Positions 28,189 through 37,856 of a stretch of 64,000 nucleotides of DNA are shown piece after piece. The notes under the pieces were generated by a model. The model saw nothing but the letters and a program-made list of their open reading frames with translations. It had not been told where the DNA came from and searched no databases. Every line of letters starts with the position of its first letter. Position 1 is the first letter of the stretch. Made by a program: the position numbers and the translations under genes. The DNA is from Planctomycetota bacterium (GTDB lineage Bacteria; Planctomycetota; GCA-002687715; CAIWVZ01), in assembly GCA_044222185.1 (NCBI GenBank), contig JBGANV010000002.1:384001-448000 (forward strand), given 5' to 3'.

Positions 28189-28237
28189 CCGCCACGGCCC
28201 GCGCACGCTCGGAAGTCGTCAGACGCGTGGACGCTGC

Positions 28238-29194
28238 ATGACCAACCCAGAGTTGCTCTCCGAAGCCCTCCAGCATCTCGAGGCCGCCGTCCGGCTGTCG
28301 CCAGATCATCCTCGCTATCGTCGGACGCTCGGGGAGGCCTATCTCGCCGCCGGTGACCCGGCGGGCGCCGCTCGCCAGCTGCGCCTGTCCCTCGACCAGG
28401 ACGCAGACCCCCGCGCCCGATATCAGCTCGCCCTCGCGAACCTCCAGCTGGGCCGGCTCGAGGACGTGGAGAAGGTGGTTCAGGAAGCCCTGGATCGGGG
28501 CGAAGAGGTCCCGCGGGCTCGGTACGTGCGCGCGCTGGCGCGCTTTCGACGCCACGACTACGACGGCGCCGTGGTCGACGTGCAGAGCACCTTGGATTGG
28601 ACCTCGAACGAGGCGTTCTATGCGCTCGAAGCCGCGCGCATCCTCGTCGCGATCGCGCCCACGCGTCCGCGAGACCGCCGCGCCGAGCTGGTTGCGCTGG
28701 CCTACGCGACTCTCGTCGACCTCCAGGTCGACGCGGAGACGGCCGACGAGCGGCTCTACCTCCTCGCGTGCTGCGAGCTCGAACGCGGTGAGGCGGCCGC
28801 CGCATTGGACACGATCCGACGGACGATCCATCCGGACCCTGCCGAGGTCGCGCTGCGTCGCGGGATCGCCCGCGCCCTCCTCGGGGACCGGCCCGCGGCA
28901 CGCTCCGACCTCCACATGGCGAAATCACGCACGGAGCTGTCCGGCGCCGTCGAGCCGTGGCTTGCCGCTCTCGATGGCGAGCAGGGGACCTGGCCGCCGA
29001 TTCCGCCGGCGTCAGTCCGCGTGGCGGGACTTGCACCACGAACGACGCGATCGCTGCTTCCATTCGTGTTGCGCAGTCCCTTCCGAGGTGACAGACCTCT
29101 GCCAAGGTCGCGAGAGGAGTACATCCTTCCGATCGAAGTGCAGGACGTGGACGCGGCGGAGTTCGAGATCGACGACACGGGAGACCCCACATGA
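28238..29194 (+). CDS. Tetratricopeptide repeat protein
   Basis: TPR patterns: ALQHLEAAVRLSPDHP...LGEAYLAAGD; YQLALANLQLG. Confidence 0.75.
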   Translation: MTNPELLSEALQHLEAAVRLSPDHPRYRRTLGEAYLAAGDPAGAARQLRLSLDQDADPRARYQLALANLQLGRLEDVEKVVQEALDRGEEVPRARYVRALARFRRHDYDGAVVDVQSTLDWTSNEAFYALEAARILVAIAPTRPRDRRAELVALAYATLVDLQVDAETADERLYLLACCELERGEAAAALDTIRRTIHPDPAEVALRRGIARALLGDRPAARSDLHMAKSRTELSGAVEPWLAALDGEQGTWPPIPPASVRVAGLAPRTTRSLLPFVLRSPFRGDRPLPRSREEYILPIEVQDVDAAEFEIDDTGDPT

Positions 29195-29970
29195 CGTCTC
29201 CTGATGCGGTGTTCGATGCCATCGGCGAGAAGGTGGATGCTGCGCGCCGGCTGCTGGATGACGGCAAGCCGGACAAGGCCGTCAAGCCGCTCGAGCAGGC
29301 GCTTCGGATGATCGAGGATCCCAGCGCCCACGACGGCATCTCCGTGGAGCGGAAGGACGAGGTCGCATCGCTGCTGTTGACGGCACTGGCCAAATGCGGT
29401 CGCTCCGAATCCCGCGTCGAGGCGGCGGTGCGCTGTTATCGGGCCGGAGCGCGGTCGCGCACGGCGATCACGGTCGTGGCCGCCCACCGGGCCCTGGACG
29501 AGAAGCGCACCGACCCGGAGGCGCTCGAGAGCTACCTCGATGCGATCGAGCTTCGTGTCGAGGTGGACGCGACCTTGCGTGAGCGGTTGCTCCAGATCTT
29601 GGCGCACGCGCTGCACGTCGATCTGGACACGCCCGAGGCATCGGTCCGGGCCATCCTGCCTTCACTCGAACGTCTGCGGCGGCTGCGCCCGACGATGAGC
29701 TTCCCGCGGTTCTATCTGGGACGGTGGCATTATCGGCAGCGGGAGTGGGCGGCCGCCGTCGCCGAGTTCACGGGCATCACGGGGCACCTGAGCCAGAGTC
29801 CGAAGCTCCTGAATCTCCTGGGCCGTGCCCAGGAGAAGCTGGGACGCCTCGCGGACGCCTCCGCGACGTACGCGCAGTCGCTCACGGCTGACGGGACGCA
29901 AGCCGGCGTGCATTTCCGCCGCGGTCGAGTGCTCCTCGCGCTGTTCCGCGCGCAGGTTCTCGAGTCCTGA
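29191..29970 (+). CDS. Tetratricopeptide repeat protein
   Basis: FYLGRWHY, NLLGRAQEKLGRLADA, HFRRGRVL; ATGA overlap with the upstream gene. Confidence 0.75.
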   Translation: MTSPDAVFDAIGEKVDAARRLLDDGKPDKAVKPLEQALRMIEDPSAHDGISVERKDEVASLLLTALAKCGRSESRVEAAVRCYRAGARSRTAITVVAAHRALDEKRTDPEALESYLDAIELRVEVDATLRERLLQILAHALHVDLDTPEASVRAILPSLERLRRLRPTMSFPRFYLGRWHYRQREWAAAVAEFTGITGHLSQSPKLLNLLGRAQEKLGRLADASATYAQSLTADGTQAGVHFRRGRVLLALFRAQVLES

Positions 29971-30012
29971 CGGGGGCGGACCGCGGCGGGATCGTTGCGT
30001 AGAATCGCCGCC

Positions 30013-31158
30013 ATGCGATTCGAAACGAAAGCGATCCACGTGGGGCAGGACCCCGAGCGCACGACCGGAGCGGTCGTCGTCCCGATCTTCCAGACCTCGA
30101 CCTACGCTCAGGAGGACGCCGGCGTCCACAAAGGGCACGAGTACTCGCGCACGAGCAACCCGACGCGGGACGCCTTGCAGGCCTGCCTCGCGTCGCTCGA
30201 GGACGCGAAGTACGGGCTCGCCTTCTCGTCGGGGATGGGTGCCATCTCGACGATCATGACGATGTTCCGCAGCGGCGATCACGTCGTGTGCAGCGACGAC
30301 GTCTACGGCGGGACGTTCCGCGTCTTCGACAAGGTGTTCACGAACTTCGGCGTGAAGTTCACCTACGTGGACACGTCGCGCATCGACGCCGTCCGCGCGG
30401 CGCTCAAGCCCGAGACGCGGATGATCTGGGTGGAATCGCCCACGAACCCGCTCTTGAAGATCACGGACATCCGAGCGGTCGCCGCAGTTGCCAGGCAGGC
30501 CAAGGTGCTGCTCGCCGTCGACAACACGTTCATGAGCCCCGCGCTTCAACTGCCGCTGACGCTCGGTGCCGATCTCGTCGTTCACAGCACCACCAAGTAC
30601 ATCGGCGGCCACAGCGACGTCGTCGGCGGATTCGTCGCCACGAACGACGAGACCCTCTGGACGAAGATCAAGTTCTCGCAGAACGCCGTGGGAGCCGTGC
30701 CTGGTCCCTTCGATTCATGGCTGACGCTGCGTGGGTTGAAGACGCTGGCCATCCGCATCCAGGCGCACGAGAAGAATGCGCGCGCCATCGCCGGCTACCT
30801 CTCGCGCCATCCGAAGATCGCCGAGGTGATCCACCCGAGCCTGGAATCACACCCCGGCCATGCCACCCAGCTGACGCAGGCGAAGGGGTTCGGCGCGATC
30901 ATCTCCCTTCGTGTCAAGGGCGGGCTGGCGGAAGCGCGAGCCTTCTGCCGCGGCACGCGCCTCTTCTTCCTGGCGGAGAGCCTCGGCGGCGTCGAGAGCC
31001 TCATCGAGCACCCGGCGATCATGACGCACGCGTCGGTTCCGGCCGAAAACAGGGCAAAACTCGGGATCACCGACAACCTCGTGCGGCTCTCCGTGGGGAT
31101 CGAGAACACCGACGACCTGATCGAAGATCTCGATCGCGCGCTCGCGACCGTTCCGTGA
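30013..31158 (+). CDS. Cystathionine gamma-lyase/synthase (PLP trans-sulfuration enzyme)
   Basis: PIFQTSTY, YSRTSNPTR, FSSGMGA, ESPTNP, VDNTF, HSTTKYIGGHSD, AESLGGVESL, RLSVGIE. Confidence 0.95.
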   Translation: MRFETKAIHVGQDPERTTGAVVVPIFQTSTYAQEDAGVHKGHEYSRTSNPTRDALQACLASLEDAKYGLAFSSGMGAISTIMTMFRSGDHVVCSDDVYGGTFRVFDKVFTNFGVKFTYVDTSRIDAVRAALKPETRMIWVESPTNPLLKITDIRAVAAVARQAKVLLAVDNTFMSPALQLPLTLGADLVVHSTTKYIGGHSDVVGGFVATNDETLWTKIKFSQNAVGAVPGPFDSWLTLRGLKTLAIRIQAHEKNARAIAGYLSRHPKIAEVIHPSLESHPGHATQLTQAKGFGAIISLRVKGGLAEARAFCRGTRLFFLAESLGGVESLIEHPAIMTHASVPAENRAKLGITDNLVRLSVGIENTDDLIEDLDRALATVP

Positions 31159-31241
31159 GGACGGCCGCGCGGGCTTGACAGACTGGCCTCCATCGGGCCT
31201 AATGGGAACCTTCGCCATGGTCCGTCACGGCGAAGCGGGGT

Positions 31242-31682
31242 TTGCTGTTGCCGCGGCAATCCCCCCGACCCAATGCTGTGGAGCGAGTTTCAGTGAACGA
31301 GCTGTTGCAAGCCGATGGTCTCATCCGCCGACTTCGTCGCGGGGCTCCGTTGGAGCTCGAGGTCGAGCGGGTCCGTCTCCCGCGATTCACGGAGATCCGC
31401 GAAGTCGATCAGAAGGAATTTGGGCACAAGGGCAAGGAGCCCATCGTCATCGCACGTTCACGGACGGCGACGTGGGCTTTGTGGCCCATCGCCAAGCGCG
31501 GGACGTTCGAGCTGAAGGACGCCGACCACTTCCTGAAGATCGTCGCGAGCGTTCAGGCGCAGTACGCGGACAAGCCGGTGAAGGGTTACGTGATCACGCT
31601 CGGGCCGGTCGCCACCGAGTCGCGTGAGAAGCTCGCCGCCGGCGGGCACGTCGTCAGCGCGGTGGTGGAAAAGTCGCCCTGA
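31242..31682 (+). CDS. Hypothetical protein, first gene of the AAA+/VWA operon
   Basis: TGATG overlap with the downstream ATPase; typical codon usage. True start probably GTG 31278 or 31293. Confidence 0.65.
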   Translation: MLLPRQSPRPNAVERVSVNELLQADGLIRRLRRGAPLELEVERVRLPRFTEIREVDQKEFGHKGKEPIVIARSRTATWALWPIAKRGTFELKDADHFLKIVASVQAQYADKPVKGYVITLGPVATESREKLAAGGHVVSAVVEKSP

Positions 31683-33169
31683 TGGCAGCGCGACCATCCA
31701 CGTTGCGCGACCTGCGCAATGCAGGCTGGCGCACGCGAACGGTCAAGGACGAACTTCGCGCGAACGTCGTCGACGCGCTCCAGAGCGGGCGTGAGCTGTT
31801 CCCGGGGATCGTCGGCTACGACGACACGGTGATCCCGGCGATCGTGAACGCGCTCCTCTCGCGACACGACATCCTTCTGCTCGGTCTGCGCGGCCAGGCG
31901 AAGACCCGGATCCTTCGAGCACTCAAGCAGTTCCTCGACCCGGAGATCCCGGTGATCGCCGGCGCTCCGCTCAACGACGACCCGCTCGCACCCGTATCGG
32001 CCGAGGGGAGACGTCTCGTCGCCGAAGCGGGCGAGCGCACGCCGATCGCGTGGCTCCCGCGCGAGCAGCGATACCAGGAGAAGCTTGCGACGCCCGACGT
32101 CAGCATGGCCGACTTGATCGGCGACCTCGATCCGGTGAAAGCCGCCGCCACGGGACGCTCGTTGATCGATGAAGAGGCCATCGCCTACGGGATCATCCCA
32201 CGCACGAATCGCGGCATCTTCGCCATCAACGAACTGCCCGACCTGGCACCACGGATCCAGGTCGCGCTGCTGAACATCATGGAGGAGCGCGACGTCCAGA
32301 TCCGCGGCTTTCCCATGCGACTGCCGCTGGACCTGATGCTCTGCTTCTCCGCGAACCCGGAGGACTACACCAAGCGGGGCAACCTCATCACGCCTCTCCG
32401 CGACCGCATCGCGGCGCAGATCCACACGCACTACCCCAAGTCGTTGGCAGATGCGATCGACATCACTGCGCAGGAGGCATGGACGGCCCGCGAGGGTCCG
32501 ACCGTCGTCATCCCTGCACTCGCGCGGGAGCTCGTCGAGCAGGTGGCCATGGAAGCGCGGAGCTCCGATTGGGTCGATCAGTCGTCCGGCGTCTCGGCCC
32601 GACTCACCATGGCGCTCCTCGAGGCCGCCGTCAGCAACGCCGAGCGCCGCGCGATCCGCAACCGTGAGACGAAGGCAATCATTCGGATCAGCGACTTCTT
32701 TCGGGCCACGCCGGCCATCGTGGGAAAGGTCGAGCTCGTCTTCGAAGGAGAGCGCGAAGGCCCCGAGAAAGTCGCGACGCATCTCGTCGGGAAGGCGGTC
32801 GAACACGTCTTCGATCGGCGGTGTCCGGACTTCTTCTCCGCCAAGGAAGGCGCATCCCCGTACGACCCGATCTCCACGTTCTTCAAGAAGGGCGGGAAGG
32901 TCGTCTGTGACGACGTCACGACGGAGAAACTGGCGCTCGAGCGACTCTCGGCCGTCGGCGGGCTGGATGTGCTCGTGTCGCAGTTCCTCGGCAACGTCGA
33001 GGTCGAAGCGAGCGTGTTCGCCCGCGAGTTGATCCTCGAAGGTCTTCATCAGCACGCGGTCCTCGCGAAAGAGATGTCCCACGATGGGGCCGCCTTCACC
33101 GACATGGTGTCGCGCATGATGGAAGACTTCGGCGAGGGCAAGCGAAAGCGCAAGGGACGTGACCCGTGA
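31682..33169 (+). CDS. Magnesium-chelatase-like AAA+ ATPase
   Basis: PGIVGYDDTVIP, GLRGQAKTR, EKLATPD, DLIGDLDP, GIFAINELPDL, SANPEDYT, PLRDRI. Confidence 0.9.
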   Translation: MAARPSTLRDLRNAGWRTRTVKDELRANVVDALQSGRELFPGIVGYDDTVIPAIVNALLSRHDILLLGLRGQAKTRILRALKQFLDPEIPVIAGAPLNDDPLAPVSAEGRRLVAEAGERTPIAWLPREQRYQEKLATPDVSMADLIGDLDPVKAAATGRSLIDEEAIAYGIIPRTNRGIFAINELPDLAPRIQVALLNIMEERDVQIRGFPMRLPLDLMLCFSANPEDYTKRGNLITPLRDRIAAQIHTHYPKSLADAIDITAQEAWTAREGPTVVIPALARELVEQVAMEARSSDWVDQSSGVSARLTMALLEAAVSNAERRAIRNRETKAIIRISDFFRATPAIVGKVELVFEGEREGPEKVATHLVGKAVEHVFDRRCPDFFSAKEGASPYDPISTFFKKGGKVVCDDVTTEKLALERLSAVGGLDVLVSQFLGNVEVEASVFARELILEGLHQHAVLAKEMSHDGAAFTDMVSRMMEDFGEGKRKRKGRDP

Positions 33170-34284
33170 TCTTCCGGTACCTCGCGTTCGATCCGACGCG
33201 CCATGCACGGAAGGACCGGTTCCACCAGCTTCGCTCGGCATTCAACCTGCTCCTCACGAAGACGGCAGGCGACGTGGACGAGGCGCTCGAATGGCTGCGC
33301 GAGCTGGGAGCCCGTCATCGGTGGTTCGACGAGAGCTACGAGTTCGACGACTTCGTGCGCGACCTGCTCGGCGACGGCACCGTCGAGCGCGATCGGCCCG
33401 GCGGCACCGGTGGTTTGAAGCTGACGGGGAAGGGTGAGCGGACGTTGCGCGAATCCGCCCTGGAGCGGGTGTTCACGTCGCTCGCCACGGGATCGCCCGG
33501 CGATCATCGCACGCCCCACGCGGGCGGCGCCGGTGACGAGACCGAGGACACGCGGCCCTGGGCCTTCGGGGACCCCATCGACCAGGTCGCCTGGACGCCG
33601 ACCCTTCGCAACGCGCTAGGCCGCATGGCTGCCGACCGGACGCCCGGCGCGCCGCGGTTCCGCATCCGCGAGGACGACATCGAGATCCGCGAACGGGAAG
33701 CACAGACCGGATGCGCCACGGTGCTGCTCCTCGACATCTCCCACAGCATGGTCCTCTACGGCGAGGATCGCATGATGAAGGCCCGCGAGGTCGCGCTCGC
33801 GCTCCACGAGCTGATCACGAACCGGTACGAGAAGGACACGCTCGACCTCGTACTTTTCGGCGACGACGCCGAGCACGTGCCTCTTCACCGCATCCCTTAC
33901 GTGCAGGCCGGTCCGTACCACACCAACACGAAGGCCGGCCTCCAAATGGCGCTCGACATCCTGCGCAGCAGGCGCCACGCCAATCGTCAGATCTTCCTCG
34001 TGACGGACGGCAAGCCCTCGGCGCTCTGGCGGGATGGCAGTCTTTACAAAAACCCGTTCGGCCTGGACGACGAGATCGTCAACCGCACCCTGGACGAGGC
34101 CCTTCGGTGCCGAAAGGCCGGCGTAACGGTCACGACGTTCATGGTCGCCGCGGATCCCGTCCTCGTCAGTTTCGTCGAGGATTTCACCCGGCGGAACCGT
34201 GGCCGCGCCTACTTCACCGGCACGAACGAACTCGGCGCGACGCTTTTCGTCGACTACCTACGCAACCGACGAACGCGCGTCTAA
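33166..34284 (+). CDS. VWA domain protein, partner of the AAA+ ATPase
   Basis: MIDAS DISHSM, YHTNT, TDGKP; GTGA overlap. Confidence 0.9.
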   Translation: MIFRYLAFDPTRHARKDRFHQLRSAFNLLLTKTAGDVDEALEWLRELGARHRWFDESYEFDDFVRDLLGDGTVERDRPGGTGGLKLTGKGERTLRESALERVFTSLATGSPGDHRTPHAGGAGDETEDTRPWAFGDPIDQVAWTPTLRNALGRMAADRTPGAPRFRIREDDIEIREREAQTGCATVLLLDISHSMVLYGEDRMMKAREVALALHELITNRYEKDTLDLVLFGDDAEHVPLHRIPYVQAGPYHTNTKAGLQMALDILRSRRHANRQIFLVTDGKPSALWRDGSLYKNPFGLDDEIVNRTLDEALRCRKAGVTVTTFMVAADPVLVSFVEDFTRRNRGRAYFTGTNELGATLFVDYLRNRRTRV

Positions 34285-34326
34285 GCTCTCGCCTCGCGAC
34301 GCGGGGCCCGCGGCGCATGGCACGTC

Positions 34327-35199
34327 ATGAAGATCCTCACCGATTTCGACGGCGTTCTGACCGACCTCGCGAGCGAGGCTCGCCGCGTTCGTTCGATCTT
34401 CGAGGATGAACTCGGACGTCTGACGGACGTGGGGCAGGCCCTCCTAACCCAGGTTCTTGGGCGCGCCGAGGCGGCCATGGTCGCCGAGCCGCACCGACAC
34501 GGATGGCGCGTCAACGGACGGATCACGGCGTTCTCGAACGAGGACGGGTTCATCCAGGTGAATGGCCTCGCTGCGTGTCTGGACGACCTCGCGAAGAACG
34601 ACGTCACGGTGCGCTATTGGCGATCGCAGTTGAACAGCAAGGGCATCGCGGATTTCCCCGCGCTCGCTCAAGCCTCCTACCTCCAGATGGCCGCCGAGAC
34701 CGCCGCCGGGCAGCTCCACCCGATCGACGAGCGCGCCGCCGAGTCGTTGAAGCGCCTCATCGCGGACGGGGTGCAGATCGTGGTCGTCTCCAACTCTGGA
34801 ACGGAGCGCATCTGTCAGATCCTCTCCGCCGCCGGGCTCCAGCCCGAAGTACACGACCCATCGAAGAGGCAGGGCCCGCTGCGTGTGCGCGGCGGCGCCC
34901 GCAAGTTCATGCTGGGACGTGAGCCGAAGATCCTGCCCGTCGGGCCCTACGCCGTCGAGCTCGATCGTCCGCATTACGAGGCGATCCTGATGGAGGAGCG
35001 GCCCGACGTCGTCATCGGCGACGTCTTCTCGCTCGACCTCGCGCTTCCGCTGGCCATGGCGCGCGAAGGGCGTGCGCTGCCTCGCAACGCGCGGCTCGTG
35101 TTGCGACGCCGCCCCTACACGCCCGCCTGGTCCGCGGCGTTTCTCGAGAGCGCTCCCACCGAGGAGATCCGTTGTGAGCTCGCAGACACCTTCGCCTGA
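34327..35199 (+). CDS. HAD-superfamily hydrolase
   Basis: DFDGVLT (motif I), VVSNS (II), ARK (III), IGDVFSLD (IV). Confidence 0.8.
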   Translation: MKILTDFDGVLTDLASEARRVRSIFEDELGRLTDVGQALLTQVLGRAEAAMVAEPHRHGWRVNGRITAFSNEDGFIQVNGLAACLDDLAKNDVTVRYWRSQLNSKGIADFPALAQASYLQMAAETAAGQLHPIDERAAESLKRLIADGVQIVVVSNSGTERICQILSAAGLQPEVHDPSKRQGPLRVRGGARKFMLGREPKILPVGPYAVELDRPHYEAILMEERPDVVIGDVFSLDLALPLAMAREGRALPRNARLVLRRRPYTPAWSAAFLESAPTEEIRCELADTFA

Positions 35200-36520
35200 T
35201 GCTGCTGCGGCTGCCGTGGGGTCGGCCATTCCGGTTCATGCTCCGGAATTTCGCAAGCGTCGCGCACTGAACTGGTTCACACTCGGGCTCACCTACGCAG
35301 CCATGTACATGGCTCGCTACAACTTCCCGTTTGCCAACAAGGCGTTGAGCGACGCCTATGGGTGGGACAAGAAAACCGTCGGCCTGATCATCAGCCTGTC
35401 GACGCTGTTCTACGGCCTCTCCGCGATCTTCAACGGGCCGATCGCCGACAAGCTCGGCGGCCGGCGCGCGATGCTGATCGGTGCGGTTGGAGCACTCGTA
35501 TTCAACGTCCTGTTCGGACTGGGCGCATACATCGGTGCCCTCGGAACCGGTCCGCTACTCCTCGGGTATCTCGCGACGATCTGGACGCTGAACATGTACT
35601 TCCAGTCGTACAGCGCGCTGGCCCTAATCAAGGTGAATTCTGCCTGGTTTCACGTGACCGAGCGCGGCGTGTTCTCAGCGATCTTCGGCTCGATGATTCA
35701 GAGCGGGCGCTTCGCCGTGTTCCTGCTGATGTCGATGAGCGCGGTCGTCGCACTCCCGTGGCAATGGAAGTTCTTCCTACCCGCAACGATCGTCGCCGTG
35801 TTCACCGTGTTGACCTACAAGTTCGTTCGCGACACACCAAAGGACGTCGGGCTCGCGGATTTCGACACCCAGGATGCCACGAGTGGAGACACGGAGCCGA
35901 TCACGCTCGCGTACGTGGCGCGGAAGATCTTCACGAACCCGATCGCGTTGACGGTGGCTGCGGCCGAATTCTGCACCGGCGTCGTTCGCAAGGGCATCGA
36001 GGAGTGGTTCCCGCGCTACATGGAGGAGTTCCTCCATCTGAAACAGGACAGCCCGGTATTTCAGAAGAACGCCGGCATGATCGTCGTCGCGGGCATAATC
36101 GGTGCTTTCGCTGCGGGGACGCTCTCCGACAAGTTGTTCGGATGCCGACGCACGCCAGTGGCGTTCATCGGCTACGTGCTGCAGGTCATTTGTCTCGTCG
36201 TCCTGTGGAAGGTCGCCGACATCGACTTCGTCGTGGCAGCCTTCGTCGTGAACTCCTTTGCCATCTCCATGGTTCACTCGATGCTCTCGGGCACGGCATC
36301 CATGGATTTGGGCGGGAAGCGCGCGGCGGCCACCGCGGCGGGAATGTTCGACGGCATGCAATACGTAGGCGGCTCGCTTGCGGGCTTCGGGCTCGGCTCC
36401 CTCTTGGATTCGTTCGGGTGGGGGATCTGGGGACCGAGCCTCCTCGGCTTCTCCGTGATCGGCGCCATCCTCATGGCCCGCCTGTGGAACGTTCGCCCCC
36501 GAGGGCGTGCCGCGCACTGA
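35174..36520 (+). CDS. MFS transporter, GlpT/UhpT organophosphate antiporter-like
   Basis: YAAMYMARYN, GPIADKLGGRR, WFHVTERG, GTLSDKLF, AAATAAGMFDG..YVG. GAGGAG SD before GTG 35174. Confidence 0.85.
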   Translation: MSSQTPSPDAAAAAVGSAIPVHAPEFRKRRALNWFTLGLTYAAMYMARYNFPFANKALSDAYGWDKKTVGLIISLSTLFYGLSAIFNGPIADKLGGRRAMLIGAVGALVFNVLFGLGAYIGALGTGPLLLGYLATIWTLNMYFQSYSALALIKVNSAWFHVTERGVFSAIFGSMIQSGRFAVFLLMSMSAVVALPWQWKFFLPATIVAVFTVLTYKFVRDTPKDVGLADFDTQDATSGDTEPITLAYVARKIFTNPIALTVAAAEFCTGVVRKGIEEWFPRYMEEFLHLKQDSPVFQKNAGMIVVAGIIGAFAAGTLSDKLFGCRRTPVAFIGYVLQVICLVVLWKVADIDFVVAAFVVNSFAISMVHSMLSGTASMDLGGKRAAATAAGMFDGMQYVGGSLAGFGLGSLLDSFGWGIWGPSLLGFSVIGAILMARLWNVRPRGRAAH

Positions 36521-36596
36521 GCCCGCGCGCCGCCCGGTTTGACGCCGTCGATCGGACCGTCGACTTTGCAATCCAACTGCAAACTGGACGGTTCCC

Positions 36597-37823
36597 ATGT
36601 TCCATCAACGCGCGCTCGGCGACACGATTCGCAAGACATCGGCACAGTTCCCGGTGCTGATGGTTGCTGGTCCGCGCCAGGTCGGGAAAACCACGATCCT
36701 CCGCCACCAAGCCGGGAAGGGGAGGCGCCACGTCACACTCGACGACCCGACCGCACGGGCGTTGGCCGAGCGTGACCCCGTTCTGTTTCTCGAGCGGTAC
36801 GAGCCGCCCGTACTCATCGACGAGATCCAGTACGCAGCCGGCCTGCTCGCTCACATCAAAATGGCCGTCGACAAGCGACCCCGCGCGCGCGGCGCCTACT
36901 GGGTGACGGGATCTCAGCAGTTCCACATGATGAAGGGCCTCTCCGAGACTCTTGCGGGCAGGATCGGGATCCTGAATCTCCTGGGGTTCAGCGAACGCGA
37001 GCGGCGGCGGTTGCCACTGGATCTCCCGCCTTTCGTGCCGAGTCGGACGATCATCGACGAGAGAGCCTCGCAAACGACGCGCATGACCGCGGCAAGAGTC
37101 TTCGAGCACATATGGACGGGAAGTTGCCCGGCCCTCGCGACGAGGCAGGTGCGAGACCGAGACGTCTTCTACGGGTCCTATCTTCAGACGTACTTGCAGC
37201 GTGACGTGAGAGATCTCGCCCGAGTCGGAAACGAGGGGTCCTTCGTTCGGTTCCTCAGGGCGTGTGCCGCGCGAACCGCGCAGCTGGTGAACTTGTCCGA
37301 TCTCGCTCGGGACGCCGACGTGGCCGTCAACACGGCAAAGGCGTGGCTTTCGATCCTGCAAGCGAGTTTCCAGATCGCGCTCGTCCAGCCATACCACAGC
37401 AACCTCACGACGCGGCTCGTGAAGATGCCCAAGCTCTATTTCCTCGACACGGGCCTGTGCGCCTACCTGACCGACTGGTCGAGCCCAGAAACGCTCGAGG
37501 CCGGAGCCATGGGCGGAGCGATATTCGGAACGTTCGTCTTCACCGAGATCCTCAAGAGCTGGTGGAATCGCGGCAAGACGGCACCGATCTTCTACTACCG
37601 CGACAAGGATCAGCGAGAGATGGACTTCGTTCTCGTGCAGGACGATCGGTATTTCGCCATCGAAGTCAAGAAGTCAGCAAGTCCGTGCGACGATTGGACG
37701 CGCAACATGACGGCCTTGGATCGGTTCGCGAAGCGGCCAGCCGAAGGTGCAGTGGTGTGCCTCGCGCGCGAGCCGAACTGGCTGACGCGAACGGTGCAGG
37801 TCGTGCCCGTGTCGGTCCTCTGA
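36597..37823 (+). CDS. AAA_14 ATPase with DUF4143 / C-terminal PD-(D/E)xK-like domain
   Basis: GPRQVGKTT, IDEIQ, TGSQ, ETLAGR, TYLQRDVR, PKLYFLDTGL, EMDF...IEVK. Confidence 0.9.
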   Translation: MFHQRALGDTIRKTSAQFPVLMVAGPRQVGKTTILRHQAGKGRRHVTLDDPTARALAERDPVLFLERYEPPVLIDEIQYAAGLLAHIKMAVDKRPRARGAYWVTGSQQFHMMKGLSETLAGRIGILNLLGFSERERRRLPLDLPPFVPSRTIIDERASQTTRMTAARVFEHIWTGSCPALATRQVRDRDVFYGSYLQTYLQRDVRDLARVGNEGSFVRFLRACAARTAQLVNLSDLARDADVAVNTAKAWLSILQASFQIALVQPYHSNLTTRLVKMPKLYFLDTGLCAYLTDWSSPETLEAGAMGGAIFGTFVFTEILKSWWNRGKTAPIFYYRDKDQREMDFVLVQDDRYFAIEVKKSASPCDDWTRNMTALDRFAKRPAEGAVVCLAREPNWLTRTVQVVPVSVL

Positions 37824-37856
37824 CCCCTGGGTCGAAAGTCCTCGCCCGAGCAGCGG

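Noticed and set aside
31682-34284. Photosynthetic or cobalamin chelatase (BchI/BchD)
   Set aside because: No H subunit or tetrapyrrole pathway genes nearby; motifs fit the generic chelatase-like AAA+/VWA pair.
36597-37823. AAA_14/DUF4143 gene as a named anti-phage system
   Set aside because: Widespread solitary family; no partner genes support a specific system.
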